IMG/VR virus record: IMGVR_UViG_3300037851_000276
Location: 1 to 32,010 of that record
DNA length: 32,010 nt
Direction: 5' to 3' (one strand)
From: a virus
Lineage: Duplodnaviria; Caudoviricetes
A program made the position numbers and the translations under genes. The notes beneath the pieces were generated by a model. It did no database searches, was not told the DNA's origin, and saw nothing but the letters and a program-made list of their open reading frames with translations. Positions 1 through 10,600 of this stretch are shown here, one piece after another (position 1 is the stretch's first letter; every line of letters begins with the position of its first letter).

Positions 1-500
1 TGCTTGAGGGTATCAAATCCAGCCCCCTTAACATCCCCCAATTCATCCAAAACATCCTCTATTTTGGCCACAATAGCGCCCGCCTGAGTACCGCTGTACC
101 CGCCGGGCAGAGACGTCAACCAAGGATCGCCCCCGCCGCCGCCCGCGACAATCAACCCAGCGGAGTTTCCTATAAGCAGGGAAACACTATTAACTACCTT
201 TACATCGGCAATGTTGTGGTTAGCCCCCGCGCATTTTACCGTATAAGAACCGTTCTCAAAACTTACGGTGTACCCGTTAATAATCTCAAATGTTCGGGCG
301 TAAGTAACGCCAGAAAGCGTAACCTCAGTGTTATGGTTATGGGTGTTTGGAAACATCATCCCCTCCTCACTGTCCTCCAAATCTTTCAGGTCAAGCCGAA
401 ATTGATTAACATCCAGTTCATACACCCCTCCCCCTAAGTTAGTAAGATAACTTTGCGGAACCGTTATGACTTTGGTGGCCCAATTGATAGATATAGCCAT
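1..500 (-). CDS. Virion structural protein (partial, runs off the window's left end; absent from the ORF track)
   Basis: ATG at 500 overlaps the TAA of the upstream gene (TAATG). The frame MAISINWATKVITVPQSYL...FEIINGYTVSF...GFDTLK stays open to position 1. Its N-terminus resembles that of 3206..4855. Confidence 0.75.
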   Translation of the reverse strand, partial: MAISINWATKVITVPQSYLTNLGGGVYELDVNQFRLDLKDLEDSEEGMMFPNTHNHNTEVTLSGVTYARTFEIINGYTVSFENGSYTVKCAGANHNIADVKVVNSVSLLIGNSAGLIVAGGGGGDPWLTSLPGGYSGTQAGAIVAKIEDVLDELGDVKGAGFDTLK

Positions 501-3205
501 TATTCATCGGGGATTAAAAACACGGTTACGTCAAATCCATTATTCGTAATTGTCCCAGAAATAGGAGACGTTTTATACAAAGGACTGGAACTTGCTTTTC
601 TTACACGCCCAATAACATCAGTATCAGATGTGTAGTTATAAGCAGTATTCTCGACTACGCCACTGACATTGGTCAGGTTGTTAAAAATATCTGTACCCCC
701 CGGATCAGTTTCCAAAAATACTCTTGCGTTCTCAATAGGCAATCCGGTATTAACATCGAGAACTGTAACCCTTACAGTAACAGCATTGGTTACGTTTACT
801 GTTGCCCCTGCTGTCCTGATTGAGGGTGTTGATCCACCGTTTATACTTATGTTTACCGTACCTGAAGCAATGTTTACGTAAATAGCCTCATTCCCCGTGG
901 AGCCGTTCGTGCCCGCATAACCAGAGAAGTTTACGTTGGTAAGTGTAACATCCCCAGCCGTCCCAGTAATTTCAATGGCGTGTCCGGTGCCAGCAGAAAC
1001 GAAGTCGCTATCCGTTATGTCAGCAAGTTCAGCGATTACTGATGTGCTTACCTTACTGTTGTCGAACAAGCAGTTAACAAGCGCGGCTGAATTAAGCGTG
1101 AATACCGGACAGTCAATGAACGACACACCATCAAGTGATACTGTTGACCTTAGTGTTACGGTAGCCCCTTGAACCGTGTTCCCGGTAAAGTCCATGTTTG
1201 TACTTGCTGAGTGGGACGAGTTAAACTCCCACCGGAAAGGCTGTGATCCCTTCCATACACAGTTAGGGAACCGCAAGTAATCACCAGAGCCAACGCCGTA
1301 GAAAGTTACCCCCGCAACATTATCATCCGCGTTCCAATCCAAATACAGTTTACCATCGTAAGCAGTAGGGAACTGGAAAATAGCGCCGTTGATTAGCGTA
1401 ATAATACGATGGTTGCCCCCGAAGCGGATAGGGGCATAGATGCGATTGAAGTCCCCAACCCCATTAAAGGCTAATGTGGTGCCCACACAACTGTTTGCAA
1501 CAGTACGAAGGTCATTGACCGTAATTGGGTTATCAGAATCCCCACCAGCAAAAACAATCTCACTAATGAGTGACATCGCCGATATGTGCGCAAGCATGGC
1601 ACCAAAAGCCCCCTGCGGCAAGAGCAACATTCTTGTCACAGCGCTCTTATTCAGTGTACCTATTACGCTGTATGGCTTTGCGCCGTTATTAAGCCCGATT
1701 GCCGCCACATTGTATGCGGAAAAGTCGGCGGTTAACGCCCCTTTTGAATGAACAGCATAAGCCTCGTACTCACTGTCAGCGTCCGCAAGAACAACAAGAA
1801 GACCACCGTAACCTGAAATAGTCCCGTTTTTACCAGAAAGCCCTATTTCAGTAACAGGGTATATTACATCATTCTTTGATACGTCTACGGCATAGTCACG
1901 GGGCAATTGTGATTTATGGTGAATGAGCATGACCCCGGTATCCATATCCAGCGCGGCACCAAATTGAAACTCTGACCCTGAAAAATTAGATGTGGCCCCC
2001 GGAGTTAACGAAATGGCGTCCATATATGGATTAACCCCGGCGTCAGCAGCAGCAGCAGTGGCATCATAAGTAGTCAACCACCCACCCACATGTCCACGCG
2101 ATAGTATAGGCGCAGTCGTGAACACGACGCTTATCCTCATTCTGACGTAGAACTTCGTGACAGAGTTTACTGAAGTAGATGTCCAGTCTGAAGGGGTTGT
2201 CCATGTCAATCTTGCCCAACCAGTAGCAGTAAGAACACCGGCCACGGTTAATGTGGCCCACGTAGAACCGTTATAGTATTCCCACACGATTGTTCCACCC
2301 GTTTGCGCTGTGGAAATCTGAAGAACCATGTGATTAAATGCGTAGTCATAACCAAAATACCACGCGTTAGCTGCGGTATTGGTAATTGTGACATCCGCAG
2401 TGCCTACGTCATTAATGTCAGTGGTTTCGTCCGTGAACGCGCCAGCGTTATCCATCCACATCTGCGTGAAATCACGCATACCAATAGCGCCATAAGTAAG
2501 TGATCCGGGGGCGGTGTCTGATTCCGTTAATGTTCCCAACGGGCGTAAAAACACCCCTGATGTCTGCGGGTCAGCGTAAGGTGGTCGCGTTCCGTTGCCG
2601 TCATCATTAAAACCGACTAAGCAGGCTGTGGTATCATCATTAGAGCGGCCTTTCCATGTCGCATCTGTAATTGCACCGGCAGTAGGCATAAACGTAAAAG
2701 CGCATCCAAACCCGGCTGTACCAACGTCACCATTAACCAGATTGGTGTACCCCATTGTAGAACAGGTGAGGGCCAACCCTGAATCCGAGTTGATGAACTG
2801 CATTACCAGCACATTATCCTCATCCGTAGATGCAGAAGATGTCCACGTAAAAGGTTGTGTAGCATCAGTAGCAGTTCTTTCTGCCGTTACGTTAATAGGG
2901 TCAGCGGTATCAACACCACTAATGACAAATACCCCAATATGCCACTCATCGCTAGCTCCCGATAGCGTAGGGCAAACCTCATCACCAGCGCCTATCTTGT
3001 AGCATAACCTGTATGCCTGTGCTGCACCGGCTTGATTTTGTATATCAGTATATCCGCTAGGTAATGACGGAACAGTAGTTCCGTCCTGTGCCAACATAAG
3101 AAGAATGAGATCATTGCTTACGTTAGTGGGGAACTCTACCTGAGCCGCAGGGTTTGTTGAGGCCGTTGTAACCTCAGTAACAGAATATGCCTTAATTCTT
3201 GCCAT
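500..3205 (-). CDS. Large virion/tail-associated protein (901 aa)
   Basis: Long Thr/Gly/Asn-rich ORF in the structural operon, with a beta-helix-like and Ig-like C-terminal part. Abuts its neighbours. Confidence 0.65.
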   Translation of the reverse strand: MARIKAYSVTEVTTASTNPAAQVEFPTNVSNDLILLMLAQDGTTVPSLPSGYTDIQNQAGAAQAYRLCYKIGAGDEVCPTLSGASDEWHIGVFVISGVDTADPINVTAERTATDATQPFTWTSSASTDEDNVLVMQFINSDSGLALTCSTMGYTNLVNGDVGTAGFGCAFTFMPTAGAITDATWKGRSNDDTTACLVGFNDDGNGTRPPYADPQTSGVFLRPLGTLTESDTAPGSLTYGAIGMRDFTQMWMDNAGAFTDETTDINDVGTADVTITNTAANAWYFGYDYAFNHMVLQISTAQTGGTIVWEYYNGSTWATLTVAGVLTATGWARLTWTTPSDWTSTSVNSVTKFYVRMRISVVFTTAPILSRGHVGGWLTTYDATAAAADAGVNPYMDAISLTPGATSNFSGSEFQFGAALDMDTGVMLIHHKSQLPRDYAVDVSKNDVIYPVTEIGLSGKNGTISGYGGLLVVLADADSEYEAYAVHSKGALTADFSAYNVAAIGLNNGAKPYSVIGTLNKSAVTRMLLLPQGAFGAMLAHISAMSLISEIVFAGGDSDNPITVNDLRTVANSCVGTTLAFNGVGDFNRIYAPIRFGGNHRIITLINGAIFQFPTAYDGKLYLDWNADDNVAGVTFYGVGSGDYLRFPNCVWKGSQPFRWEFNSSHSASTNMDFTGNTVQGATVTLRSTVSLDGVSFIDCPVFTLNSAALVNCLFDNSKVSTSVIAELADITDSDFVSAGTGHAIEITGTAGDVTLTNVNFSGYAGTNGSTGNEAIYVNIASGTVNISINGGSTPSIRTAGATVNVTNAVTVRVTVLDVNTGLPIENARVFLETDPGGTDIFNNLTNVSGVVENTAYNYTSDTDVIGRVRKASSSPLYKTSPISGTITNNGFDVTVFLIPDE

Positions 3206-4855
3206 TTAAACATCTGAAATCCTGCTAGCCGTAACCGAGAATCCTCCCGATCCAAACGTAGTTGTTGTTTCAAAAGTTTTGATTGGTGTGCCACCTCCGT
3301 CTCTTACGCGGATAAACATGCCCCGGTTGGATACATACACTGCCGTGAATGTCTCAGAAGTTGATGTCGCCAATTTGTCAATATAACTAATGAAACAGTT
3401 TGCTCCGTTAGCCGCGTTGTTTGTGGAAAAGTCGGTTGAACCTATTGTAAAAGTGGAACCGGTCCAAGACGTATAATCGTGACGTGTGTAAACACCGTTA
3501 GCCCTGAGTATGCGAATTGATCCTGTATTTGGAGTATCCGCGGGGATTGATCCGTTAACAACCACCGCCGTCACCGCTGCCCCAGTCAATGCACCATTCA
3601 GGGTGAATTGGTCATACTCAATATTGCCTCCGTCATTAGGGGCAACGAGTACATAATCTTCTCCAATTACCAAACCAGCGACGGTTCCAGTCTGAAAGTT
3701 GGGCGGAGAGTACTGTGTATTAGTTAAATCAAATACCTTATCAGCAGCAGATAAATCCAGAGCCTCAACACCAAACCCGTAAGCGCCTATAAGTGCCGAG
3801 CCCGTTGAAACACCACAGAAAGGTTGTGAAATCGTCCTCTCTGTAACGGTCACGTTTACTAAATTAGTAGCCCCAGAAGTGCTCCCCGTAATCGTTTGAT
3901 TATCTGTTGGAGGTACGCCGGTAATAAGCTGTATCCATAACTTTGTGCAAGATGTCGCCGTAGCATTATTCCTTGCAAGCAATTGCCCCGCGCCCCCAGA
4001 CCAAGTGATCGGTTCAAAGGGGCTCCATGTCCCGGAACCGCCATCTACTGTTATTTCATGGGTAATGCCCCTGAAAATCTGTCCCTGTACCCCGTACAGC
4101 GTAGTTGTCTCCCCCCTGCGGGTGAGATACTTCATCCGTTCATAGAGGTCATTGATGGTTCGTGTGTCCCTGTTCCATTCAGAGTAGAAATACTCGTCTG
4201 AACCATCATTGTTTACATCAATGCCATTGTACCCGGCGGATGTATTTGTTATGTTGGTCCACGTTGCAACTGTGCCAGAGGCGGTCTGGTTGTTTAGGTC
4301 AGTCGCGTAGGTAAGGGCCAATACGTTGTTACCCCGAGCAGTTCCGTTGATTTTAAATTCAGAGTAGGTAAAGCCAAACTCACGGGTAATGCCTATGATG
4401 CGTCTGCCATCAATATCTGCACCGCCTGTTCTAACTTTAAGCAAAAAACGATGCGAGATACCATTGGCTGAATCCGCGTTAATGCCCGTAGTCCAGAAGT
4501 TGGTAGCTAATGCTCCGTTCTGGATGATCTCTAGCCGCATCCCTGCGTTAGCGAACACAAGAATACCGTCGTAGATTTCATCCCCCCCATCCTGTATGAT
4601 AGAGCCGTCGTACAAATACTGCGCGGCAGTGTCATCAATATTATACCCATTAATGAGGGTAATGATGTTGTCTGTTGACCGTTCCGACGGTGTTGGGTCG
4701 GTAATGTCTATTTCATCGTTTCCAGAGAAAGAAGCATCGTCAGCCTCATCCTGCAACCACCTGTGGAGTTGTATTACCGTGTAGTTGGTAGAACCCGATG
4801 TATGCCGAATATCGCCTGTGGCCCTGTCAATTGAAAAATCGTCTGCTATTGCCAT
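3206..4855 (-). CDS. Virion structural protein (549 aa)
   Basis: Long ORF with beta-rich composition in tail-module context. Confidence 0.65.
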   Translation of the reverse strand: MAIADDFSIDRATGDIRHTSGSTNYTVIQLHRWLQDEADDASFSGNDEIDITDPTPSERSTDNIITLINGYNIDDTAAQYLYDGSIIQDGGDEIYDGILVFANAGMRLEIIQNGALATNFWTTGINADSANGISHRFLLKVRTGGADIDGRRIIGITREFGFTYSEFKINGTARGNNVLALTYATDLNNQTASGTVATWTNITNTSAGYNGIDVNNDGSDEYFYSEWNRDTRTINDLYERMKYLTRRGETTTLYGVQGQIFRGITHEITVDGGSGTWSPFEPITWSGGAGQLLARNNATATSCTKLWIQLITGVPPTDNQTITGSTSGATNLVNVTVTERTISQPFCGVSTGSALIGAYGFGVEALDLSAADKVFDLTNTQYSPPNFQTGTVAGLVIGEDYVLVAPNDGGNIEYDQFTLNGALTGAAVTAVVVNGSIPADTPNTGSIRILRANGVYTRHDYTSWTGSTFTIGSTDFSTNNAANGANCFISYIDKLATSTSETFTAVYVSNRGMFIRVRDGGGTPIKTFETTTTFGSGGFSVTASRISDV

Positions 4856-4856
4856 G

Positions 4857-5288
4857 TCAACTGTAGGTTATTCCTGTAAGGACGCCATTAACGTCCCTGT
4901 GTAATGTCTTTGTCTTGGTTCCCGAGGTAAGGGAAGTGATCTGACCGTTGACGTTCCTGTTGAAAGTAACAGTAACACCATTGTCGTAATCAATACTTGT
5001 AATAACACCATCCATGTCACGATTGATGGTTGAGTCACTGAAATAAACCCCAAAGTAGTCGTCGCCCGCAGGCCCTTGCGGACCTATTGATCCGTTGATA
5101 AGAGAAACCTCTATCTCATTAACAACAGGGGCTACGTCTACCTCTATTGTGTTTTGTACAGGGGCTGCAGAAATGTTCAGTGACTGTGTGACCGGGGCGA
5201 CGTTCACGCTCACGTTCGATGGAACGGGGGCGGCTTGAACGGTTATCTCCGGGGACAGCGGCGCACTGGAAACATTTATATCACTCAT
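4857..5288 (-). CDS. Small tail-associated protein with a short collagen-like segment
   Basis: V-x-V-x-x-A-P-V repeats, GSIGPQGPAG, then three 'RDxxGxITxI' beta-hairpin repeats. Confidence 0.55.
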   Translation of the reverse strand: MSDINVSSAPLSPEITVQAAPVPSNVSVNVAPVTQSLNISAAPVQNTIEVDVAPVVNEIEVSLINGSIGPQGPAGDDYFGVYFSDSTINRDMDGVITSIDYDNGVTVTFNRNVNGQITSLTSGTKTKTLHRDVNGVLTGITYS

Positions 5289-5656
5289 TGAGTAATATCA
5301 GGCTGTACTTCAAAAACGTAGTTGTAAATAGTGTAGGGCCCGTACAACGGTGAAGCCCTATAAATCTGAACATCGGCCACCAGCTTCTGCGTGGGAAATG
5401 TTGACGTCTGAGCCCCCGTCAGGGGATTAGAGAACGTCATCTGACCCACTGCAGGGAACGAACAGGCGGGATTCAACGTAACATATACTGTGCCGTCGGC
5501 CTTGTCCCTGATCTGCATTTTGGCCGTAGTGCCTGTAAAGTCAAAGGTGGGCCTGTTCAGGGTGAAATTATCCCCATCCCACGCATCTCCCCGTTTAATG
5601 ACTACTCTACGTTCAGCGGGCGCTTTCGGCATCTCTTTGTGGTTGTGCCATTCCAA
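5285..5656 (-). CDS. Ig-like (BppU N-terminal-like) tail protein
   Basis: IKRGD...FDFTGTTAKMQIR...DVQI...FEVQPDIT pattern, typical of small phage Ig-like adaptor proteins. Confidence 0.55.
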   Translation of the reverse strand: MEWHNHKEMPKAPAERRVVIKRGDAWDGDNFTLNRPTFDFTGTTAKMQIRDKADGTVYVTLNPACSFPAVGQMTFSNPLTGAQTSTFPTQKLVADVQIYRASPLYGPYTIYNYVFEVQPDITQ

Positions 5657-6260
5657 GCGATATCATCGCAAGGTTTGCGGCAAGTTCTACAATCTGCTTG
5701 TGGGTGTGTTCAGGCAACTCGCAGTCAATGGCTTGATTCCTGTTGACATCGTGAGGATGCTTGAGGAAAGTAAAATAAACAGAAGCCGAAGTGTCGGCAG
5801 GGGCAAACGTAAAATTTACCGCATCGTACTTGTAACGGGGCGAAGTCGCAGAAGCCCGCTTGAAGCGGTTGTTCTCAAACTCATACCAATCGTTGTGCCG
5901 CGTGTAGCGCACAGGGTACGTAGCCCCACCCGAACTAAGGCTTACATTCAATACGTAAATAAAGGGTTCAGTGGAGTCAGTGGCCGTGTCAAGGGCTGAT
6001 TGGGCCGCAGCCACAGTAACCACGCCCGAGCCGTTCATCGTTACAGCCCCCGTCTGGTACATCAGTGGTAGCAAGTTATTTGCTACCAGCTGATTGTACT
6101 CGACGTTCACAATACCCCCTTCTGAGGAAGGCAAAGCACGTTTAACATACTCTAACTGAGCCATGTTAATGAATCGGTCCCTTTCCTCATCGACAAAGTA
6201 ACTCGTGCCAGCTTTGTCTAAAAGCTGATCGAAATACTCGTGCATTTCAATAATGCTCAT
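5613..6260 (-). CDS. crAss-like tail ring / head-tail adaptor protein
   Basis: MSIIEMHEYFDQLLDK...DRFINMAQLEYVK and C-terminal CELPEHTHKQIVELA resemble crAss-like ring proteins. Confidence 0.65.
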   Translation of the reverse strand: MSIIEMHEYFDQLLDKAGTSYFVDEERDRFINMAQLEYVKRALPSSEGGIVNVEYNQLVANNLLPLMYQTGAVTMNGSGVVTVAAAQSALDTATDSTEPFIYVLNVSLSSGGATYPVRYTRHNDWYEFENNRFKRASATSPRYKYDAVNFTFAPADTSASVYFTFLKHPHDVNRNQAIDCELPEHTHKQIVELAANLAMISLGMAQPQRDAESAR

Positions 6261-6767
6261 TTACAGAATAGTAACAGTGCCGCGCAGGGGCATTACGTTG
6301 TAGATGATGTTATAGGTGGTTTCGGTCAGTGAGCCCGTGGGCTGCAGCTTAACGGTAACCTTGTTGGTGTCGTCCGTAGCCGTAAAGGACAGGGTAATGG
6401 TACCCGCCGATACTGCCTTGGCTTCGTTGGCCGTAGCGTAGGTAACGGTACGTGTGATGGTACCTGCCTTGTTTACTGCGCCATAAGAGGCAATACCACT
6501 GATGACCTGAAAGTCAGTACCGTCGGAAGCAAATACCGAAAAGTCGATAATGCCCGACGCCACCTGCCCCGCCGTAATGGGGACCTCAAAAAGAGAGGTA
6601 GCCGATCCATCTACGATGGTCTTAGCCGTGGGGTTGAAGATGGCGCGGTTAACAAGGTTCTTGTCCATAATGTCTCCCGCACCGTCGATGGCAAGCACCG
6701 TTGTGTTGCCGTTTTTGAACTCCACCAGTGTTTGGGTGGCGTTCTTGGAATCAATAATTTCTGCCAT
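6261..6767 (-). CDS. Putative virion protein (168 aa)
   Basis: Beta-rich ORF with an A-rich leader in the structural operon. Confidence 0.55.
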   Translation of the reverse strand: MAEIIDSKNATQTLVEFKNGNTTVLAIDGAGDIMDKNLVNRAIFNPTAKTIVDGSATSLFEVPITAGQVASGIIDFSVFASDGTDFQVISGIASYGAVNKAGTITRTVTYATANEAKAVSAGTITLSFTATDDTNKVTVKLQPTGSLTETTYNIIYNVMPLRGTVTIL

Positions 6768-6785
6768 TTGTTGTTGTTTTTGGGG

Positions 6786-7130
6786 TTATTGTGCTATTTT
6801 TTCTATTAATGCCATATCGTAATTGGCTGCCGTGTCAATGGCCTCAATCATGGCCAAGGACGCGGGCTCAAAGGTAACCTCTACTTCCTCATCAAGGAGC
6901 TTTTGGCCTTCGGCACTACGTTCGCCTTCGGGGAGCTCGTTTACCTCTTCCATGTCCTTTACAAATTCAGTGTGCTTGGCGAGCAATGCCTCACGGATTT
7001 TTTGCAACCTGCGGCGCAGGCCCAAGGACATCTTTTCACTCAAAAGCCCCCCCACCATTGCACCGGTCTCCTTGTTATAGGTTACTAGGGTTACCAAAAG
7101 GGGGGTGATTTCAGAATTCTTAATTTTCAT
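6786..7130 (-). CDS. Hypothetical helical protein, possibly a tail-fibre chaperone
   Basis: Clean ORF downstream of a sigma-54-type promoter. The function is inferred only from position. Confidence 0.5.
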   Translation of the reverse strand: MKIKNSEITPLLVTLVTYNKETGAMVGGLLSEKMSLGLRRRLQKIREALLAKHTEFVKDMEEVNELPEGERSAEGQKLLDEEVEVTFEPASLAMIEAIDTAANYDMALIEKIAQ

Positions 7131-7177
7131 AATTTTAATTAGGTTTTTTGTTAAAAATAACAGTTTTCGTCTCTAAA

Positions 7178-7192
7178 GCAAGAATCGTGCCA
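7178..7192 (-). promoter_or_regulatory. Sigma-54 (-24/-12) promoter TGGCACGATTCTTGC
   Basis: Exact match to TGGCACG-N4-TTGC, intergenic, oriented toward 6786..7130. Confidence 0.75.
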
Positions 7193-7197
7193 AAAGC

Positions 7198-7584
7198 CTA
7201 AAAAAGTGTAGTGGCTATTTGATCGTCAAAGTACAAATCGGCGGCTGTATCAAACTTGTTGCCAGACAAAAGGACGGCAATAGCCGCGGAGGCGTCAAAA
7301 GCCGCCTGATCGTCAACGCACAACTCGTTCTTCATGTACATAAGGAAACGGTCAGCAATCTGCTGATTTTGGTTTGGGTCAGCAATCTGCGGATTTTGGG
7401 CTACGGCAGCCGAAAATTGGCGGCTTTTTGCCCACCGAACGTAGTTGTTGCCGGGGACGGATGTGCCGTCCAATCCCTTCCAATAGGCCGCCTTGTTCAG
7501 GAGCCCCCATTTACATTCTTCACGGAAGTCTGCGTTGTTTTTCAGTTCTTCCTTTTCTTGGTTTGTCAATACTCGTAGTGCCAT
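7198..7584 (-). CDS. Hypothetical protein (128 aa)
   Basis: ORF with A-rich leader following the tail fibre gene. Confidence 0.6.
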   Translation of the reverse strand: MALRVLTNQEKEELKNNADFREECKWGLLNKAAYWKGLDGTSVPGNNYVRWAKSRQFSAAVAQNPQIADPNQNQQIADRFLMYMKNELCVDDQAAFDASAAIAVLLSGNKFDTAADLYFDDQIATTLF

Positions 7585-7606
7585 AGTGTGTTTTGTTTTA
7601 GGTTGT

Positions 7607-10600
7607 TTAATTTAGTAATCCATAGGCCTTCATTGCGTCGTGCATTGCTTTTATTACGCTCAGAACAGTGTTCCCTTCGTCTTTGGTTGCAAAACCAAAT
7701 CCACCTGAATTGGTAAGGTCCTGAATAGCATAATCAGGAGTTCCGGGGGCCGTGTGGGTTATTGCAGTAAGCCCCGACTGCTGAACTACGGGGGTTACGT
7801 TGAAGAAACTTAGTTTACCTGCCGCCCTGCTTTGAACATATACGTTCCCCTCAGTGCCAGAACCAGCAGGAGTCCCACTGGCCAAATATACACTGCCCCC
7901 ATTATTGTTTCCTGATCCCGGCGATCCTCCAAAAATTTCTACATTTCCCCCGGCTGCAGAACCGGCGCTACCTCGTATTCTAACCCGGAAGGGGCCAGAA
8001 TCTGCCGGATAAAGTAGAATATCCCCACTACTTGCTGTGTCTGATTGTATAAAAAGACCACTATTGGAGCTCGATGACGCTAACGACACACTAGGCGTCG
8101 TACCCGTTCCTTTTATGTTAATAAACGTGGCAGAACCCGCGGGTATAATTGATACGGAACCACTTGTTGTTTCAAACGAAAAGTCTGCAGTGCCTTTGTT
8201 TTTTAAAACAAGGCTTACATTTGAAGAAGAACCGTCTGCAATTACTTTTCTTGTGGCCCCGCCAGTAAGTGTATTCCCTAGATAAAAATCACCGGTTACT
8301 AAAGTATTGCCATCGAATCCCGCCGCCCAAGCATTTGTTAAAGTACCAGAGCCCGCTGTTGGGGCCGTTGTATACAAAGTATAGCCGTGTGTGACAGTGC
8401 CAGAGTCAACAACTGACCCCTCAAAAAGAGCCCATCGCTGTGTGCCTACCGTACCGGCGGACCAACTCCAAGCGCCCCCAGAGAAATGGTAAGCCAAAAA
8501 CTCCGTTGAGGCTGTCATTGATGTATGACTGCCCGGAGTCACCGCCAATACCTTTGCGGCAGATGCAGACGGCGTGGTTATCGAGTCCTGAACAAAGGAC
8601 ACGCTGCCCTGATTGGTAATTACGCCCAACTGAGTTGTCCCCCCGTTATTCTTCCAAACCTGTACGTTACCTCCGGATATCCCCCTCACATCCAACTTAG
8701 TATTGGCTGTGATGGTAGCTCCTGCATCTGATGTTGTTAATCCTCCTGCAAGCAGAACACCGCCAGACGTAGTTCTGATTGCGTAGTGGGTAGCCCCAGT
8801 CATAGAGGTCAACGTGGGGTTGTAGTCTATGCCATAAACGGTAGTTGTACCTCCTGTTACGTTATATGTTCCGTCTATTGACAATCCAGCATAAGTTGCC
8901 GTCCCAGAAGAAGGAGAAAAAGCTACACTTGTTTTTAGTGAGTAGTAACTACCAACCGTGGACGTAACGGTTGTTGTGTTTGAGAAGTCTGGGCCATTAG
9001 ACCCTGTAGCAGTATAACTAAACGATCTGTTGGCGAGAATTAACATATTATTAAAGTTGAAAGTACCGTTATCTGATACTCTAAACCTTAATGTATTTGC
9101 TGCGTCCGACAATAGTAATGAGAAGGTTGTAGATGTGTTAGTCCCAATCCCCCTCACATCCAACTTAGTGTTGGCGGTGATTGTTCCTGAACTTGCTATG
9201 AAGGTATTACCCGTTATTAAGGTATTACCATTAAAACCAGCAGCCCAGTTGTTAGTGATTGTAGCATTAGTACCAGCTACAGGAGGATCAACATAGAGGG
9301 TGTAAGCATTAGTAAAAGTCTGGGCAGAAGCTCCCGCTAACGTCTGACTCCTGAAATACGTTCCCCTTTGAGTAGCTACCGTTCCTCCACCTGCCCATGT
9401 TTGAGTAACAGCACCGAAATCATTGTTGATGTTTTCAAGGGTGTTGGTGATGGCTGTGTGGGCTCCGGGGGTTACAGTTAGGGCTTTTACCCAAGAAGAA
9501 GCTAGCGCATTTTGCGTTACTTGGAGTCTATTGGGTGCAAAATCTATATTGTAAGAACCAGTTACAAGATTATTACCTGTAAGCGTACCACCACTGGCTA
9601 ACAGCCACGCACCCCCCGAACCCGATGCCTGCCAAGAAGGGGCGACACCGGCCCCGTTGGAAGTAAGGACGTAAGTAGCGGTACCTGCGCCCAACTTAGC
9701 AAGGGTAGTCGTAGTATTCGCGTACAGAATATCCCCTACCGCATAGGAGGCAAAGCCTGTGCCGCCATTGGCGGCTATAAGAGTGCCTGCAAGAGTAATA
9801 GTCCCTGAAGTAGACACAGGGCCTCCAGAGGTCGTAAGCCCCGTGGTGCCGCCGCTGACGTCTACAGATGTAACTGTTCCACCTGTCCCCGGAGCAACCC
9901 ATGTAGGGACTCCTCCGACAGAAGTAAGCACATACCCGTTAGCCCCCGTAGCCAAAGGAATAGCTACGTTAGAGGCGTTTCCAACAAACATGTAATTGTT
10001 GGTAAGGGCCCTATCAAGTTTAAGATCAAGTTGTGCCTGTATGGACGAAGTTACCCCGTTGAGGTAACCCATCTCAGCCCCACTTACCCCCGCGCCAGCA
10101 AGAGCGTTTATCTCGGCGGCAGTAGCCGTAATGTCTGTTATCTTTGAAACAGTAAGCGTTGACCATTGGGTGTTATAGTCAGTCCCGTCGATTTTGGACA
10201 AGTATTGGTCGGCGGTACCTCCCGAAGGGAGACCGTTGGCAACACCTGCAATGGTAACAGTAAGCGTCCCGCTAGATTCCACTGCAGAAACACCCGCACC
10301 AACAAAGGCAACAGTAGTGACCCCGCCCGAAGTGCCTGCGTTAACCCCCTCGTCCTTAAACTGAATGTCGGGCTGCTTAGAGTCTAACTGTGTTTGTATA
10401 GAAGAAGTAACCCCGTTAACATAACCTATTTCAGTGGCAGTAGTAGTGGCTACCCCTACCTTTCCTGAGCCATCAGAGACTAATGCCCTAGAGGCCGTGA
10501 GGTTGGCTGAAGTAATGCTTGTAGCTCCGCCCGTGATCGTCGCCTGTTTGGCGTTGAGTTGAGTTTGTAACGCCGAAGTAACCCCCGAGAGATATCCTAG

